DNA of 64,000 nt, taken from contig JAWMAR010000063.1 of the NCBI GenBank assembly GCA_036785375.1, forward strand, positions 5,766,001 to 5,830,000, read 5' to 3'. The position numbers were made by a program, and so were the translations under genes. Every line of letters begins with the position of its first letter. Positions within the stretch are counted from its first letter, which is position 1. Shown here piece by piece: positions 23,520-36,918 of the stretch. The stretch is from Leucoraja ocellata. Its lineage: Eukaryota. The notes under the pieces were generated by a model, which worked only from the letters and a program-made list of their open reading frames with translations, did no database searches and was not told where the DNA came from.

Positions 23520-25225
23520 GTATTTTATTTTTATTTTTTTCATTTGGTGTATTAATTTGATTAATTTAAGTTGCGTTTCTCTAATTTTATAGTCTGTTAT
23601 TTTTCACTTAGTCTGATTTAAGTTTCTTCAGTTTGTTTCTGTTATTGTTTTTAGTTGAATTTTAGTATGTGGTGCAAAAGGTGCAATTTAAGCAACCTTT
23701 TCCAAACTAACGTGCTAAGATCCAACTTTCTTTAAGCATCGTTAAAAAATAATGGTCTAAAAATTCAAATCACATGGAACGATTTTCCCAGAGTGAACAG
23801 CAATTATATTGGTTCCTCAGTTAATTTCTGCCTCAACATAAATTTCATGACTTTGAATTGTAAATCATGGTTCAGGGTTCGGGCACTTTCAACTCAACTA
23901 TATACTTGCCCAACGTCATTAGCATGGACTTCCAAAAGCACCATTCATTCGGCATACTCAGCCCAACCAAGTGCACTGCAGCAGGTTAACTTAAAGAAGG
24001 CTTGCCTTCATGAGAGTGGTTCATGCCTGGGGCTAGGAACATTCCAATTCTAAGCCCCAGTCACTTGAACCAAGCTCATCCGCACCACAGATCCGTGTAA
24101 TCGCCCCAAAAGCCCTCTGACAACCGATTACAGGACCTTGATCCTGCTCCCTAACCACCACCGATTATGGGCTCCAACTTATCACTGACTGTCATTGCAA
24201 CTTTTAGCGCCTTCTCAGTCCCCTTCCAAACTACAACCCTTCCGGCCTCTTCTAACTCATAAATCCCTTACCTGCAGATCTCACTGTCTTGCACACCCCC
24301 ACCTCATCCCTGGCCATCTACCTCATGATACCTGGGCACCTTCATGGCCACCTTGTCTCTGTAAACAACGGTGAATTTCTAGGCCATTGTTTTTTTGTTT
24401 TGCAATTCTGAATTTTTACTTTCCGTTTCATTCCTAATCTACAGAGCTAGATTTCTCAATGTCTTGTTACTTTGCATTATTCTTAAGTTTTTTTAAAAAG
24501 ATGAAAAGATAAAAAATACACCGAGGGATTACATCAGATTTATTTAAAAGTCAAAAATTCAAGTATTTATATATCACCATGACCATTTCCATTTTGAACT
24601 AAAATGGATAATTTTATTCAGAAGTTAACACCACTGATTCTTTGTAACATAATCATTAACATGTTACATGCTGATGACCCATTCACTATCCCAGGTAAAG
24701 GAGTAAATGCTTTTGGAAAAAGTGTTTACTCCAGAATTTAGTGGTATTTACTGTTAAATAGTGTTTTTTTTTTAATTAAAAAGCCAGGGCTAAGAAATGA
24801 ATATTCAGGTATTTCGTATTTTAATTTAACTATGGATTTTCTAACAAAAAGATTTCCCTTATCATTAATTTTAAGCTTTAAATTTTAATTGACATTTGGG
24901 TTAAGGACTTGCATTTAACTTTCGTGTGGATTAATAAGTAACTTCATTATTGAATCACGAATTAATTTTGGCCCAAGATAATTTGAAAATGTAATTTGAG
25001 TTGAGAAAAGGCGTGTTAGCATGTGTTATAAGAGGAGGTTTAAGAATGGGTGCTCATCTCACTGTACCTTCAGCATTGGTAAATGCAGCTGCTCTTTAAT
25101 TTTACTTTCTTTTGGCTGCAATTCAATTTCAGTTCCCTGGTGTTAGAGCCATGAGAAGTAGGAATGATGTTTCCATAGAAACCTCACCATCCTTTTACTA
25201 AGCAGCTGCAATGATCTTTTTGTAG

Positions 25226-25310
25226 GCTCTGAATGATGACATTATATCCCGGAAGAAGAATGTAGATCAAGCAGTTAAAAATGGGCAGGCCCTTCTTAAA
25301 CAAACCACAG
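25226..25310 (+). CDS. MACF1: MACF1 exon (ALNDDIISRKKNVDQAVKNGQALLKQTT), 85 nt, phase 0-1
   Basis: tttgtag|GCT ... ACAG|gtaaca; not in ORF track, read manually. Confidence 0.93.
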
Positions 25311-26826
25311 GTAACAGTTCAGAAACATTTACAACATTTATTCTGAGTTTTTGCTGTCTATCTTCTACATTTATTTGATGGAGCCAGTTGAACGCAGAAC
25401 TTGTACAATAAGTGGCAAAGGGTTTTTTCTTTGTTCTAGAATGTAAAGTTTAATCAAGTCTTTTGATTCATTTATTCTGTGTTGCCATTGTATTGTCACT
25501 TAAAGTCCAGCGTCCATTGTGATCCCCACATAAAGACACCATCTGCCTTGTTCCTGGCAGCAGGAAATGCAGTTGGAACAAATCTCTTTCATATCCTTAG
25601 TAATGAATGCTAAATATGCACTCCTTCAAAGCATGTCGATTAACACTCTGCAAGGCAATAAGAGTTTTCTTTATTTAAAGGAAACTACATTCCAATCGTT
25701 ACTTTTTTATCATTTAGATCTTTTCTATCAAATTAGGAACAGAAATTCTGAGGTTTTAATTGCACGCAGGATATACATCTTTATTTTACGCAACTTCTAA
25801 TTGATCAAAGATTTCTGAGTGTGCAAGCAAGCAGTGTGGTTCTAGTCTTTCTCTTAAACTGGCTGCTGTAATGACAGAATTGAGGATTTAAGGTTTTTTT
25901 TCATTCCTCCTAAATCTTTGCAGTGCAATTGGTAATGTTGGAAATTTAGTTGGAAGCTGGTAGATGTTGTGGGTGTGAATTTGCATGTTGTTACTCTGAG
26001 GCAGAGAGGCACTGTGCCATCCTGCAACAGTTAATTGGGTGATATCCTTGTCATCTCATGCCAACAGTTATAAGAACACGTCAAAACATATTTGTTTTTT
26101 ACAGTCAACCTTTTCACGTGATCTTGAAAATAACGTGTGTTAATTTGTGAAATGGTTTCAACTATGTTACAAGACTGTCACTGCACCACTTAAGACTTTT
26201 TACAAAAGAGAACAGCAGATGTTCAATTCTGTTTTCTCCGATGCATTCTAACTACTACAGTACTCTGCTCACTTGCTTTGTCAGTTAGCCACAGTTTTCT
26301 GAAGTCCATTCCACAAAGAAACTTACATTATGTTGCTTTTGAATTAATGGCTTAGTATCGATTTAATACAGTGGCAGTCCAAATTATGTTGGTTCAGCAA
26401 TTATAATTCTGAAATATTTTATGAACTTTCTCAGGAAGATTTAATTTTGGCATTTTATCCTCAGTCCTTCATATTTTGTTGACAAAAACGTCCAGGATTA
26501 CAAGGAATACTGTTTTGCTATGTCAACCTTCAGTGGTGTGAAGTTTTCTTTAGCTGAATTCTTATTATTAGTAGGGGAGCAAATCATATATTTACAACAA
26601 AATGAAACGTCATATTTATTCACACATTTTGATGCACAATCACAAATGCTTAAGAACAAGATTAAAGAATAATGTGTGTTACATGTTTTTTTTTAAATCA
26701 TTTTCTATTCTCGGTCGGATTTTTTTTTAATGAAAACTTTACCACTGCATTTAATTGTGTTGCCCTTACTTTGCCAAGCAACATGACCACATGGAGAAAG
26801 CAAATAAAATCATCAAAATCAAAATA

Positions 26827-27057
26827 TTTAGACATACAGCATGGAAACGAGCCCATTGAGTCCACGCCGGCCGTCAATCACCCATTCGCACTTGGTCTAT
26901 ATTAAGTTACTTTCTCATCCACTCCCTACACACTAGGGGCAATTTCGAGCGGTCAATTAACGGCCTACAAACCCGCTGTTTTTTGGGATGTGGGAGCACC
27001 TGGAGGAAACCCGTGCGGCCACAGGGACAATGTGCCAACTCCACACGGATGGGACCT
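26827..27057 (-). mobile_element. V-SINE (HE1-like), head truncated
   Basis: V-domain and tail shared with the other SINE copies. Confidence 0.7.
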
Positions 27058-27094
27058 ATACGAAACCAAAATGAATGCCATTAAGTGAGCGACT

Positions 27095-27542
27095 GTCAGA
27101 GTGAGGCCCAACTCAAATTTGAGGAACAGCACCTCTTATTTCGGTTGGGCAGCTCAAAACCCAGTGGTATGAATATTGACTTCTCTAACTTCAAATATCC
27201 CTTGTATTTCCACTTTCTCCACCTCTCCCCCATCCTAGTTCTCTGACCAGTCTGACTGTCCAACTGATTAAATTTTACATTGTCTGCCTCGTTGTCGCCT
27301 TCCCCTAGCTAACAATGATTTATTTTACATTTTCGTTGACCTTGGTCCACTTTGATCTCTTGTTTTCACACCTTACCCTTCCATATCTCTCTTTTCCTAC
27401 TTCCCTGACTCTGTCTGAAGAATGGTCTCGACCCGAAACATCACCCATTCCTTCTATCCAGAAATGCTGCCTGTCCAGCTGAGTTACTCCAGCATTTTGC
27501 GTCTATCTTCAGTGGAAACCAGCATCTGCAGTTCCTTCCTAC
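27095..27542 (+). mobile_element. Penelope-like element 3' end: GIY-YIG C-terminus, 3' UTR and hammerhead-bearing terminal repeat
   Basis: SEAQLKFEEQHLLFRLGSSKPSGMNIDFSNFK, then CTGAAGA (27415) atggtctcgaccc GAAA catc, then the terminal repeat ending gcatctgcagttccttcct. Confidence 0.75.
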
Positions 27543-28150
27543 TCATTAAATGTTTGGTTAAGTACACGATGCATACTTAGACATTCATCCCGATTGGTTA
27601 TGCCAAGTGTGATTGATATGCCTTGGTAAAAGTAGGAATGAATTAGGGTTAAGGTTAATGTAGGGTTAACCCCATAGCACCCCTATCTCTCCCCCAATTC
27701 ACTACATAATACATTTAAAGATACAGCCTGGAAAGGGTTCCTAAGCAAACACTCAAGATGAATCTCCAGGAGTCCAGCAAATAAAACAAAATCTCACATC
27801 AACTCTTTATTGCAGAAATTTTAGTGTTTCAAATTGGTGATTTTCTGCCTTACTGTGAATCAGTTGTTGGGGCAATATTTAAAAGAAACGTGAAAGATTG
27901 TTGTAAGATATTTACTTACAATTAGATTAAAAACACAGAAAATACAGTATAAGAATAGGCCCTTTGGCTGGCAATGTCTGCTTCAGAATGCTTGATATAT
28001 ATTCTCATGCCCATTTCATTAACAAGAGTATTGACAATGGAACTTTAATTTTGTGTTAAATTGAATTTACTTTTGAGCATTAGGTTAACATTGTCCTGCT
28101 CCGTTGAGTATAACGACCCAATGTTTTGTTTACTAATGTTGTTTCCTTAG

Positions 28151-28392
28151 GTGAAGAGGTGATCATAATTCAGGAGAAACTGGATGGTATTAAGAGCCGG
28201 TATGCAGAAATTACTACTTCTAGTTCCAGGGCACTGAAAACATTAGAGCAGGTTCTGCAACTTGCCACAAAGTTCCAAGCCTTCAATGAAGAGCTGTGTG
28301 GCTGGCTCGATGCGGTGGAATCTGAGCTTGCTGCAAGCACGCCACAGTCGCCAATTGGAGAGCAGATACCACAGCTCCACGAGAGACAGAAG
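28151..28392 (+). CDS. MACF1: MACF1 exon (EEVIIIQEKLDGIK...QLHERQK), 242 nt, phase 1-0
   Basis: ccttag|GT GAA ... AAG|gtaagc. Confidence 0.95.
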
Positions 28393-28489
28393 GTAAGCAG
28401 AGCAGTCGGGCATCCAGACTCAACAGGTGTAAACTCTGAGAGGAAGAAGAAAGGGTCATGTATCCATGTTTCTCCAACAATCAAAGAAT

Positions 28490-29060
28490 ATAAGAAATAG
28501 CAGGAGAAGGTCAAAGGACCTACTCTGCCACTCAGTGAATTAATGGGAATTCGGTGACTCAAATACCATTAGTCATCTCGTATCTCTTCATTCCCTTGCT
28601 GCCCAAAACCTGATGATCTCAGGCCTAACAATTGTCAGTCACTGAGAGCATCATTAGCCATCGAATAACCATCAAGATTTCCATCAATCTCAGGGCAAAT
28701 AACTATTTGCCTCATTTTGTAAATTGCTAACCTGCTAATTTGACGCACTGACCAACAGCAGTTGCTGTGTTTTACGACTGTTGGCAGACTAATTTCCCTC
28801 CTGGGATAAATAAAGTTCTTATAGTATCGTAAGTAGCACCTCAGCATCAACCCTTTTTAAATTCAATGTTTCAACAATGTCAACTCTTTTAAATTCCTGT
28901 GCGTGTGTTCTTTCGTGGTTTCTGATGGGACAGCTCCCTAATTCCAAGAATCAAGATGTTGTTTCCAAGTCTGGAATATCCTTCCTTGAGTGTGGAGGTC
29001 CAAGATGTACACAGTACTCAATGTAAAGCCCTGTACTGATGTAGAAGGATTTAACCTGCA
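28490..29060 (-). mobile_element. old CR1-like LINE fragment
   Basis: ataagaaatagcaggag...; gtccaagatgtacacagtactc motif. Confidence 0.45.
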
Positions 29061-29506
29061 ACCCAAGCTCCCGTGCAATAAATTCCATGAGAGCAAATTT
29101 GATTTTGTAACCCTGTTATTGGATCATGATTTGCGAATTCAATGAAGGCAGATTTCCATAACCCGAATGGCCATAACACGGGGGTTGCCTGTATTCCATT
29201 TTATCCTTTTAACCAGTCTTTGTGATGGTAGAATGATTCCATCCTCTTTATTTTATGTGACAGCTTTTTGTTTTATACCTTATATAATGCCTTTTATAAT
29301 TCAAATATGCTATATCCACTATAACTATAACCCAGCAATTAATCAGAAAAGCTCAAATTGTCAGATGCTCCTTTTTATAAACAAAGCTGAACGTGCCAAA
29401 CCATATTTTCATAAATGTGCCTGACAATATGCAGAGGCATCGGATGTGTTCAGCTGAATAGTGCAGATAGTGTTTTGTTTAACTGATTAACTAACTTTAT
29501 GTTCAG

Positions 29507-29713
29507 GAGTTGAAGAAGGAAGTGATGGAATACAGGCTGGTCCTGGATACAATTAATGAAGTGAGCAATGCATTACTGGAGCTAGTGCCGTGGAGAGCAC
29601 GAGAGGGTCTGGACCGACAGGTGGCAGAAGCCAATGACCGGTACAAGACGGTCAGTGACACAGTGACACAGAAGGTTGAAGCAATAGATGCTGCAATTCA
29701 GAGGTCGCAACAG
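29507..29713 (+). CDS. MACF1: MACF1 exon ([11 protein letters not shown]...AAIQRSQQ), 207 nt
   Basis: gttcag|GAG ... CAG|gtaggt. Confidence 0.95.
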
Positions 29714-31419
29714 GTAGGTTGAATTTAATATACAAATTGTTTGTTCGTTAGTTTGGTCAATAGTTTAATCATGTGAGGCGTTCTAAAACATAAGTAAGTG
29801 AAATTGATCAAACCAAATATTAAATACTGCAAACGCAACTGTGAGGTAAGTCTGAACAGGATTATATACAAATTATATCCTGTATGTTCCATGAGTTGCA
29901 GAAATATGGACTGGAGGTTTAGTCGCCACCTTTTTAATTAATTAGTTGCTACTTGTAGAATGTTATGGGCCTGGGAGTAATGGATTAGGTGTTGGCTTGG
30001 GAACAATTGCCTACATTCAGTCAGAATTGGAATGCAACATAGAGAGATCTGAGGAAGGGAAAATGTGTTTAAAAACACCTCTTTTAGTCAATAATAACTT
30101 GTCAAATGTAGTTGTAGTAAATTTACCAGTACTCTGGCATTATCATGGATAGTCAAAGTGAAATGTAGTGTTATGTGTTGTGTAATGGCACCATAATTGC
30201 ACAAGCACAAGCAGATGTTCGATCCTGCACTAATTTCTCAACACCATATTAGTCATAAGAAATGTTTCCAGCTTCCAACTAGGCTTTACCTTTGCTCCTA
30301 TCTCAACCCATCCATTGGGGAAATCTTTCTCTGAGTCTTCAAGACTTGATTTCTAATCTGGCATACACTGTGAGTTCTTAAAACCCACTTCCAACAACTG
30401 GTCTAGGTTTATTTTGCATCCTTAAAGCAAATTAAATGCTCCTCTGTTAAACACCACGAATGTCAATACCTATTAAACCCAGACACCTTTGCCAATTCCC
30501 AAGAATACTTACGACAGAACAACGTTATCATTTTGAAATCTACTGTTGTATACATCTATATGAATCTTCTGGCATTAAAGTGCAAATTCACTGACCGTAA
30601 CCTCAATAGCTTGGGTAAACCTCGATATTTGCATGCTATGTATTGCAAACATTCAAAGTTTATTTTATATTTCTATTTTGGTTTCCTTGCTGGATAGCAC
30701 ATTGGGGATTTGCGGAATGTATCATATAATACATAAGATGCCCCAAGTGATGGTGTTTCCATAAATTAGAGGAACAACAGAATCTAACCAATATTCTAAA
30801 ACAATTGAAAATCCAGTTTTGAATTTAAATCTTGTGGAAGTAAAGTCCGTATGATTATTTACTACATATTTAAAACTGTGACATCGTTCTGAAAATTATT
30901 AAATAGATTTTTTCTTTCTGAGTGAGCATAAAATTGAAATTAATCTAATTATTTGTAAAGATGTCATCTAGTTTAAAGAACCAAAAAGCTCATTTATTAG
31001 CATCACAGTCAGAAAACCAAAACTAGTTTTTACATCAGGAAAAGGAGTACCAATTGGTGATTTTACAAAATACACATACAATTGAGAACCAGAGAGAATC
31101 AACAACTTAACTCTATGCAAAAATGTCTTGGTTGATATTGTCAGTTTTAATTGAGAGGCAATAGTCTCTGCAATCAAAGCACAGTGATATGGATTTTTAC
31201 TACATATGGTTTCACTCTGCTTTAAATTCTGCACATATTTGGAGTCCTAAGCATGTTGGTAAGTAATCGATCACACACTGATTTTATCTGGACAAGTACT
31301 TAGAGGCTACCAGATTTATAGTTATATATTAAGTTTACTATAATGCTTGTTTTATTTGCATGAATAAGATGTTTTAAAACAGTATCACACTAAAGGTCAT
31401 TGAATAGAATTGAAGGAAT

Positions 31420-32475
31420 GGGGGAAATATGCTGATGTTGGAGGATTGTTGTACAAATGGCAAACAAAGTAGAAATACAAGTTGTTTAATACAGGCCCAT
31501 TTCATGTTAGGAGGCTGTGATTCTTTGGATGTCAGGGATTAATGCTCTGCACTCAATTGTTCACAAAACATATCAGTAATTTTGCCGAGAGGATCATGTG
31601 TAATGTATCAAGTGATATGAAGTGAGATAGCAAGGATTCAGAGATGTATCAGAGGATCCAATCAGACCGAGTCAATGGACAAGGTCTTGACAATAGAATA
31701 TAGTACAGAATATAGTGGGGAAAATGGGAGGCCAACCACTTCAATCAAAAAACTAGAAAGACAGAGTATTTTAATTGGATGAGAGTTTGAAAAATATTGG
31801 TACACAGGAACCACAATCATCTTGCACACAAATCGTTAAAAGTGAAAGTGCAAGAACAACATTTTATGAGGAAAGTAAACAGTGTTGTGGCCTCTATTGT
31901 AAGAGGAATTGAATTCAAGATTAACAAATCCATACTGCGATTATATTAGGGCATGATAGGAAATTATTTACAGGCCTTGTCTTCCCACCAAAGGAAGGAT
32001 TTACTTGCGATAGACTGGTGAACAAAAGTTCATCCGTTTAATTCCTGGGACATGCCGATTGTCTAATGAGGAGAATGTAAGCAAACTGAGCTTGTATTTT
32101 CATGTACTTGTAAGAATGATAGCTGACCTCATTGAAATGTACAAAGTTGGTTTGGGCAGTGGGCTTGATGTAGTTGATGCAGGGATGGAGTTTCCCCTGG
32201 CTATCAGTCTCAGAATATGGGGTTGACTATCCAATACTGAAGAAATCCCTTCACCCAGACTGAAGTGTATCCTTGGAAATCTGTGGTCTAGAGCGTAGTC
32301 AAAGCTGAGTCGTGCAACATATTCAAAACAATATTTTGATATCAAAGGGATAAAAAAAAAATGCAGGACCAGTGCAGATAGACAGTACTAAACCAGCCAT
32401 GATGTTATAGCATTGTGGAGCAGGCTACAAGGGGTTAAATGACCTACTCCTGCTTCTGTTTTTTATGTTCTTATA
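31420..32475 (+). mobile_element. old CR1-like LINE fragment
   Basis: Degenerate RT-region and 3' UTR motifs (aggaaggatttacttgcgatag; gacctcattgaaatgtacaa; aatgacctactcctgcttctgttttttatgttctta). Confidence 0.6.
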
Positions 32476-32551
32476 TAAATGTTTGCTGATAATTCAGTTG
32501 GACTGTTGTGTGCTTCACTGCAAATATTTATTTGTTTATTGTTTAATTTAA

Positions 32552-32726
32552 CCCTTTAATGGCTAATTGTCCACAAGAAATAAATTGCTGGGTAAAATAT
32601 TATTTTGTTCCTGTTTTTTCGTAGCCTAATTTTGCACGTGACAAGCAGCATCAAATTAATTCTGTTAAATATAAACGGAAGATCTGGCTTGTAAGATTCT
32701 GTTGAACAAATTCAGCACTCAAAGGG
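32552..32726. mobile_element. piggyBac-like MITE (old)
   Basis: TTAA|CCCTTT ... AAAGGG|TTAA; imperfect TIRs. Confidence 0.5.
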
Positions 32727-34591
32727 TTAAATATAGCTACGACTTTTGTATTGACTTTCTGTGCTATTAATCCAGACTTGGTTTCTACCTTCTGGTCAGT
32801 CCATGCACTCTTCTTAATGTTTTGAAGATGGAATATTTCATTTTAGTTATATATATATATAGTTGTTGCCAAATGTTTCCGGTACCTTAATGGTGAATTT
32901 GGCACATAACGTCTCAGCAGCAAAATATAAAAATAATAATAATACCACTTGCTACTTTTTTCATGAAACCAGTGCAATTGATTATGTGTCCATCAGCTGG
33001 GATGCAGATGATATTAGATATATTCTAATAACTCAACATCTGATATAATTTCCCTACAATTTTTAGCACCTTCCAAGAAAAAAAATAACTAGCCAATATC
33101 CTACTTTTTGTTTTACTCAATTGGATTTGCATTATTATCTGTCCAAGTCAGAATATGTAGATCAGAGCAGGCTGCTAACTGTAAAATATGGGAAAGCTGT
33201 AGATACTTCACGCAAGATTTAAGTTCCGTCCAACAAGAGAACTGAAGTTGGCGTTCTTGAAGTTTAACTTCAGCGGTTTTGTAAAGATTGTTTCTTGTAA
33301 TATTGCCAGTTATCTTCCTTAAAAATAAAAGGTTGAACAAATATTGAAGTGGAAATATTTCTGGTAGACTTGAATCCTTTTCAGCTGAGTCAGATTGGTC
33401 TACTATAATTCAAAGTAGAAATAATAAATAAATATTGCTGAATAGCTATAATATAGCCTCATCTATTGATCTTTGCAAGCGATAGAGGCTCCATTTATCG
33501 TAATTTTCTAATAGGTTATTGATATTTTCTAATAGGTAGTTGATAGACACTATGTTACATATAGCTTGTGAAATGATCTGCCCCAGTGTGTAAAGTGGCC
33601 ATTCTGCAGTTCATACTTCTGTTCCAAAACTGTAGTTTTGTGTGAGTTGACGAGTTGTACGTTTTTAATGAATGGTTTAAGTTTAAGTGGCAAGGGAAAT
33701 ACCTGGAATGATAAATTATAACCAGAACAATGGAGCAATTTTCACTTGAGCAGAAAAAGGAGGGCTAGCCTGAATATTTTTTTTAAATTTGTATGCAGTT
33801 TTGTGGCAAAACCATTTCATCTGGATAATAGTATTAAATCCTTGATGAAAATTAGGAGAGTAGACAAACAATTCTTTGTTAGATCATAAAATACCACTCC
33901 ATTGATGAGAACAAAACTCTAAAAATAAATCATTGCTGTTTAAAGTGGTATGTTCACTATAACCAGTACATTATGTGAGCTATGAAAATATTATTTAAAA
34001 TTGTTTGATCGTGAACGATTAAGTCCTTCGACAAAGCTGAGTGGTGCTAAATATTCTTTCCTCTATCCTTTCCCACTTGCCTACACTGCAAATCAAACTC
34101 AGACCTCTTGATGATATCAAGAATTAATGCAACAAATTAATTTTCAAATTGGTTCAATTAGAAGATCTTGAGTTCAATTAAATATGTTCCAGTCAGCTGT
34201 ACAAACCATTATCAGTTTACATTCAACTTTATTCTGAATTTTCACATTTCATTTCGAAATTGAAGTAAATTTGTGTTTTTTAAATAAATATATTTATTTG
34301 GTGTATATACAAATAATGTTCAATTATTTATAAAATGCATCCTCACTGAATAATTTATTACTGCTCCTGTAGGCTTGCATATTGTTTAAAAGTAACTATG
34401 AAACTGCCATAAGCATTGGTGACTGTTAATTAATTGAGGGTCGGAGTGATTTTGCTCAGTGTAGTTTTCTTTGCTTGCCCTACCTGTGTTCAGATTGCAG
34501 TCCTACCCTAGCTCCATCCGTCTGTTTGTATGTACAGCTGTTTGTCTGCTTTGTTTCCTTAATGTGTCCTGCTGCTTCTCCTTTCTGCTAG

Positions 34592-34711
34592 TATGAGCAG
34601 GCCACTGATTCCGAGCTCACCTGGGTGGCAGAAACTGTGCGAAAGTTAACAGCCTTGGGTCCAATAAGGCTGGAACAAGATCAAACAACAGCTCAACTAC
34701 AGGTGCAGAAG
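34592..34711 (+). CDS. MACF1: MACF1 exon ([11 protein letters not shown]...AQLQVQK), 120 nt
   Basis: ctgctag|TAT ... AAG|gtagga; read manually. Confidence 0.94.
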
Positions 34712-35756
34712 GTAGGAATGCATGGTTCTTGGAATCCGTGTACCTGACAATAAGTTTACAATCCAACATCGAATATTTTGTTCCAAATCATACCTGCAAC
34801 TCGTGATATCGTTTTATTCACTGCATGACCTATACAACAAAACTCTCCAATAAGAAGCTTTTGCATGTTGCTGGCTTTCCTGCCTTTTAGATATTGAGGT
34901 CTCCATCAGTCAAAAGCCAGAAATGTAAGTAATCAAAAAGTGGCCTGACTAAGACAGAAAGAACGTTCTGAAAACATTAATACTTTAATACAAAAAGCAA
35001 AACAAAATTTTACAGAAAATATTACTGCTACTACAGTTTAATTCTTTCCATTCCATTCACAGCTTGAAGGTGGTGGTAGTTAGTTATTTACAGATTTGCG
35101 TAAATGAGATAGTGTTAAAAAGGAGCAAATTCTAAGAGACTAACCACCAATTTGAATTCTGTCCCCCAGTTGTGTTCACTGTTTGGGGACTTTTCTGTCA
35201 TCAGATGATGGACGATCCATTATTTCTCCCTATTTCTCCATAATGTGCCATTGTTCTTTAAAATTGCTCACTAAGCTGGTCGTTGACTGTTTTTACCCTT
35301 TGGCTACCGACAGTCTATAAGTTCATCAAAAGGTTTGCACCATGGGTGCTCCAATTTGTTTTGGTTTTTTTACACACAGTCAAATCCAGATGGGATACTT
35401 GTCTCCATCTCGGAAACCCTTGCAAAAATGACTGAAGCCTGGTTTATTTTAAACACATAGTTAGTGGCAGTGTTTCCAAAATATAATCTCCAGAGCAGGG
35501 CCAGTCTATCTCTGGGAGATCAGATAAGCAACAAACTGCAATTCACACACATTCCTTTTGTGTGACAGATAGCAATCTTCTGGATGAACTAAACTTTCTT
35601 GATTTGTTTTCATGAATGTAACTAGAGTATCGGCGTCCAAAACTTTACTTCACCATCATGTTTAGATAACATTAAAATTAGCAGTCTCTGGCACTGGGGA
35701 TCTTATAACACGGTTACTGACATCAGATTTGAAGCAATTTTCTTTGATGCCTGCAG

Positions 35757-35864
35757 GCCTTTACAATCGACATCATACGGCACAAGGATTCTATAGATGA
35801 GTTGATAAATACGCAAGATGAAATTCTTAATACCTGTAGAGATGAACAAAAGACTGCATTGCAG
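35757..35864 (+). CDS. MACF1: MACF1 exon (AFTIDIIRHKDS...QKTALQ), 108 nt
   Basis: ctgcag|GCC ... CAG|gtatta. Confidence 0.94.
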
Positions 35865-36032
35865 GTATTAATTTTGTGCTTCTGAAGAGTTCCACCCTGA
35901 CTGTTGAGTGGATTTTGCAAACTAAGTTTAAATGTTTAAGCTCCAATGGGCTGTCTGGGAATGTGTGTATTTATATATTTTCCATCTGTAAAATTGATCA
36001 TTATACAAAAATTCAATAAACATTGAATGTTA

Positions 36033-36316
36033 GGGCAGCGCAGGGGTACAGCGGTAGAACTGCTGCCTCACAGTGCCAGGTACCCAGATCTGACCCTGAC
36101 TACAGGTGCTGTCTGTGTAGAGTTTGCACGTTCTCCCAGTGACCCTGTGAGTTATCTGCGGTTTCCTCACCCATTCCAAAGATGTGCAGGTTTGTCGGTC
36201 AATTGGCTTCCGTAAGTTGTATAAGATGCGAATATGGGATAACATAGAACTAGTGTGCGGGTGATGGAGGGTCAGCATGGGCTGAAGGGCCTGTTTCCAC
36301 GCTATTTCTCCAAACT
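36033..36316 (+). mobile_element. tRNA-derived V-SINE (HE1-like)
   Basis: tRNA-like head, cggtttcctc V-domain, gggcctgtttccacgct tail. Confidence 0.85.
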
Positions 36317-36480
36317 CCACCAAACATTAACAATGTGGAAAGAGGTTCTCATAATTCTGATGTATATAATTGAATTGTAAAATATCACCAATCTAATTAT
36401 TTTTAATTTAATATTTTTTATAATGATCATAATAACAATGCCAAAGTTTAAAATGCATGTCCTTGCACGCTTACTCATAG

Positions 36481-36699
36481 GACAAGATGGACTTATTGCA
36501 GCAGCAATATGAGATGGTCAGTCAGATGAACACTGAAAGGTACTCCCAACTGGAGAGAGCTCAAGTCCTGATTAACCAGTTTTGGGAAACCTACGAGGAG
36601 CTGTGTCCATGGCTCGATGAGACCAGAGCTCTGATAATGCAGCTCCCACCACCAGCTGTGGACCATGAGATCTTGAAGCAACAACAGGAAGAAATGAGG
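36481..36699 (+). CDS. MACF1: MACF1 exon (DKMDLLQQQYE...QQQEEMR), 219 nt
   Basis: tcatag|GAC ... AGG|gtgagt. Confidence 0.95.
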
Positions 36700-36918
36700 G
36701 TGAGTACAATATCGGTTAGACTGTGTACTTAAAAACTCATTATATATGCGCACTTCTGGGAAACATTGGCGGCAGTAGACCACGTGTGATAATAAAACAG
36801 CACAAGATTGAGGGGATTAAGTATGTTGTCAAAATGTAAACGTCTTGCATGTTGTTCTTTTTAGCCAATAAAGCAGAAGATTGAAATCATATTTTGATAG
36901 AGACAGAATATTTCCGGT

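Noticed and set aside
27643-27672. Telomere-like ttagggttaaggtt stretch
   Set aside because: Too short and degenerate to call an interstitial telomeric repeat.
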